A stretch of 64,000 nt of DNA from Hypanus sabinus (Eukaryota): the NCBI RefSeq assembly GCF_030144855.1, contig NC_082716.1:44950001-45014000 (forward strand), written 5' to 3'. Position 1 is the first letter of the stretch; every line of letters begins with the position of its first letter. Under the pieces are notes generated by a model, which worked only from the letters and a program-made list of their open reading frames with translations, was not told where the DNA came from and did not search any database. Below are positions 60,871 through 64,000 of the stretch, piece by piece. The position numbers and the translations under genes were made by a program.

Positions 60871-63372
60871 ATGTTTGCATCTGGTATAAGTGAAGAGGCT
60901 GACATCATAGCAAATTGATAGTCAAACTTCTAAAATATATATGCATGATGATAATCTAATTAAAAGCTAATCTTATCCTCTGCCCCGACAGGCTAGATTC
61001 ACAAAATCATTAAATTTTTACAGTTGCTCCAAAGAGGCCTTCTGCCCATCAAATCTGTTGCCAGTTCTCTATGGAAAAATTCACTCAGTCCCCTTGCCCT
61101 GCACTTTGCCTGTTTCTCTGAAAATTATTGTCCTGTTAAACTCATGATCAGTAATTTCTAAAATAATCTATTGCATTAAATTAAAACAAATTTTACACCC
61201 CCGTTCCCATGTTTTTGCCCATCACCTTTTGATGTGTTTATGGTCCTTGAATTATTTTCTAAATGAAATGACTTGTATTCGTTTATCCTATCTAAATTTT
61301 CTGTGATTTTATCCATCTTAGTCAAATATTCTTTCAGTTTTCTTTCCTCCATCAAGAACAACCTTGTATCTAGATTAACCTTGTTCTTTACCCCATCCCC
61401 ATAACAGTTTGGTAATACTCTTGTGAACTTTTTCCAGAAATTTGCTTGGGCATATTTTGCAGACTCTGGTGTTTATTTGCTTAATCTCAGAGTGATGTTT
61501 AATTTAAGACTTGCTGTGCATCAATCAACAGTGCAGATAACAAGCTGATTGATCAGCTAATCAACCTGAGGAATTCTCACATGGGAAAGCAAGAAATGAA
61601 AATGCAGGATTATAATTCACATGAAAGCAGAATTATGATTAGAGTTTGCAGACAACCTGAAGTGAGAAATAAATATATATTTTTTAAAAGTATGAATTGT
61701 TGCTTTTAAATGTAATTGAGGTAATGTGACTCAGTATGGAAAATTATTGTATCATGAGAAAGAGAGTGAGGTGAGTTTGTAGTAATTATAATTTAATGAG
61801 GAACAACTGAATTTTAATACATATTAAGACTTGATATTTTCATTGGTTTTCCAGCAGGAGTAGTGTGTTAACAGTGGATTCTTTTCAACCTGCTGATTTT
61901 CCAAAGATTAAATCAGTGCACTTAATAGAGGACCAAGGTGTCACTGTCTCAAGAGAATATAAGGAGTACAAAGTTATTCAGCCTCTTGAGGCGGCTCCAC
62001 TTAATTTCATGCCTTGTTTCCCTTAATTTCTGAAAATCTGTGATCTTTGCCTTGAGTATATTTAGTGACTGAGCTTCCACAGTTGTTTTGGAACAGAATT
62101 TCGAAAGGTTTGCTTCCCTCTGTCCTGAATGGCCAATTCCTTATTTTAATACTGTGACCACTGGTTCTTCACATCTTAGCCAGGGGAATCTTCAGGTCTA
62201 CATCCATCCTTGCCAAGACCTGTAAGAATTTTGTGCTTCCATGAAATTGCCTCTCATTTCAATCCCCAAATTATGGGACTTATCATTTTACTAGCTTAAT
62301 ATCACAAACTTGAAATTGCAAGAATCAATCTGGTGAATTTGCTGTTTTCACTTTATCTCATACGTATTCTTCCTTGGGTTGAGAAATTAAACCTATTTTC
62401 AATATTCTGGCTCTGATTTCACCAGAACCTCTCTGTCAGTGAATTTTTGTATTTGCATGTTAAACTGAACCTATTTGAGAGGGTTATGGGCATCTGAAAT
62501 GAAATCAGATAATCTAACGTGTTGTGATTCTTCAATCTTCTTGGATATTATATACCAGTTGTGGCATAACCAGCATTTTACAAAGATTGAACCTGATTTC
62601 CCAGGATAGGTGATTGGCCCTCATGAGTTCCGAGGTCCCCTGTATTATGCTAACAACTCTAGCCATATCATGCCAATTCAAACTTTCCTACTGTTATACA
62701 CATAGGCTCCCCTGTTTCTGCAAGCAGTTTAGAAATACACCATTTGGTTTACATCATTTCTCTTCATTCTTTCACTTAAAATGTGTTACTTCACATTTGT
62801 CTAAATTAAATTTCATTTGCCAGATCGGCTCATTCTGCTAGCATATTTGTGAAATTTTGCATTCTGTTTCTATCCTCTATTGGTCTATTGGTTTCAGAAA
62901 ATTGAATGTCTTCCTCATGCATTAGTATGCTTTGTGTGGAAAAGTCTCTTCTTCCTGATGGGTTGCACTTGGAAACATCTAGAAATTGCTACTTTTTGAA
63001 GTCTTTGTAACTTTCCCCTTTTGAATCTGGTTGTAGATACTGTTTTTGCTTGCTGTTGATGCTGACTTGTACTTCATACTCACTCAGTGCCTCTTTTAAC
63101 CAAGTTTATTTTCCATTTTCAAGTTCAGGTTTATTGTCACTTCAACTGTATGCATACTGCCAATTGAAACAATATTCCTCCAGATCAAAGTGCACAACAC
63201 AGTGTATATATAACTCACCAACAACACAAAGTAATATTACCAAACTAAATTAATAATAAGGCATTTACATCATATCTTGAAAAGTGAACAGTATAATGCT
63301 GCTGGTGCTTCATTCTGGTGACATCTAGGTGGTGGCAGAGTACAGTAGTTTCATCCTGTCCTGCCAATTTAA

Positions 63373-64000
63373 AGTTCAAGTTTGAAGTTTAATTATCATT
63401 CAACCATACATGAATGCCCATGAATATAGCCAAATGTAAGTGTTCCTCTGGGGCCAAGGTGCAAATAATAGTACAAACAGTCATACACAGCCTAAGGCAT
63501 ATAGATAGCAGTAAACATACAGTCACACAAAAGATATGTATGTGTGTGTGTGTATATATATCCCAAGTCCTATAAATTAATGGTGCATGGGTGTTGTTGG
63601 CAAGAACTGACAGTTCTGGCAGTCCACAGACGAATGAATGCATGTATGCATCTTGGATGTTCTTTTGCCCAGCGAACACCAGAGGGCAGCACTGAAGGCA
63701 CTTGATCTAGCATGGACACTGCTGCACTGCCTCGGGTGTGTCCCCTCCTGGACTGTTGCAAAAGGCAAGCACGCAGCGTGAGGCTTTGTCCTTGCTATAA
63801 ATAAGGCTCCCCTGCAGTTGGTCCCACCAATAAACTAGTGAACCGGACTTGCAGTATTTTATATTACCAATATCCAACAGGTAAGTCATCTAGGAAAATC
63901 ACTTGCCATTAGACAGCACACTGTCTTCATGATCCAGCTCTGATGCCCTTTTGTAGCAGACAGCATCAAGGTCTACACTGTCGACCTCCTGCAGCTCATC
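63373..64000 (-). mobile_element. Family X non-coding repeat, reverse copy running off the window
   Basis: Reverse complement gives gttggatattggtaat..tactgcaagtccggttcactag and ..ggttgaatgataattaaacttcaaacttgaac. Confidence 0.65.

Noticed and set aside
1-64000. CRISPR array, tRNA/rRNA genes or a prokaryotic defence system
   Set aside because: No regularly spaced repeats, no cloverleaf or rRNA similarity seen, no operon-like ORF density. The window is spliced eukaryotic intron.

Overview
AT-rich vertebrate genomic DNA. The repeat spectrum (CR1, Rex1/Babar, Penelope-like, HE1/V-SINE-like, Tigger, Charlie, Tc1) points to a cartilaginous fish, probably a ray or skate; this is an inference. The window lies inside one + strand gene, FAF1 (Fas-associated factor 1, UBX family). 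Four coding exons read in frame with canonical AG/GT sites: 1812-2011, 9619-9710, 13679-13782 and 33943-34048. As recalled, these correspond to human exons 4-7 (ubiquitin-like domain region). The rest is intron, mostly decayed and often nested transposons, and nearly all listed six-frame ORFs are TE fragments or noise. Main points of interest: (1) Penelope-like termini carrying minimal type-I hammerhead ribozyme motifs, with two intact cores on opposite strands of one TSD-bounded fold-back element (20130-21462); (2) a recurrent, apparently non-coding interspersed repeat with an AAGATGG (YY1-like) head and a LINE-like tail; (3) multi-layer TE nests with readable target-site duplications; (4) TE-free, homeodomain/PBX-motif-rich islands that are candidate conserved enhancers. 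No prokaryotic-type system, CRISPR array or RNA gene is supported.
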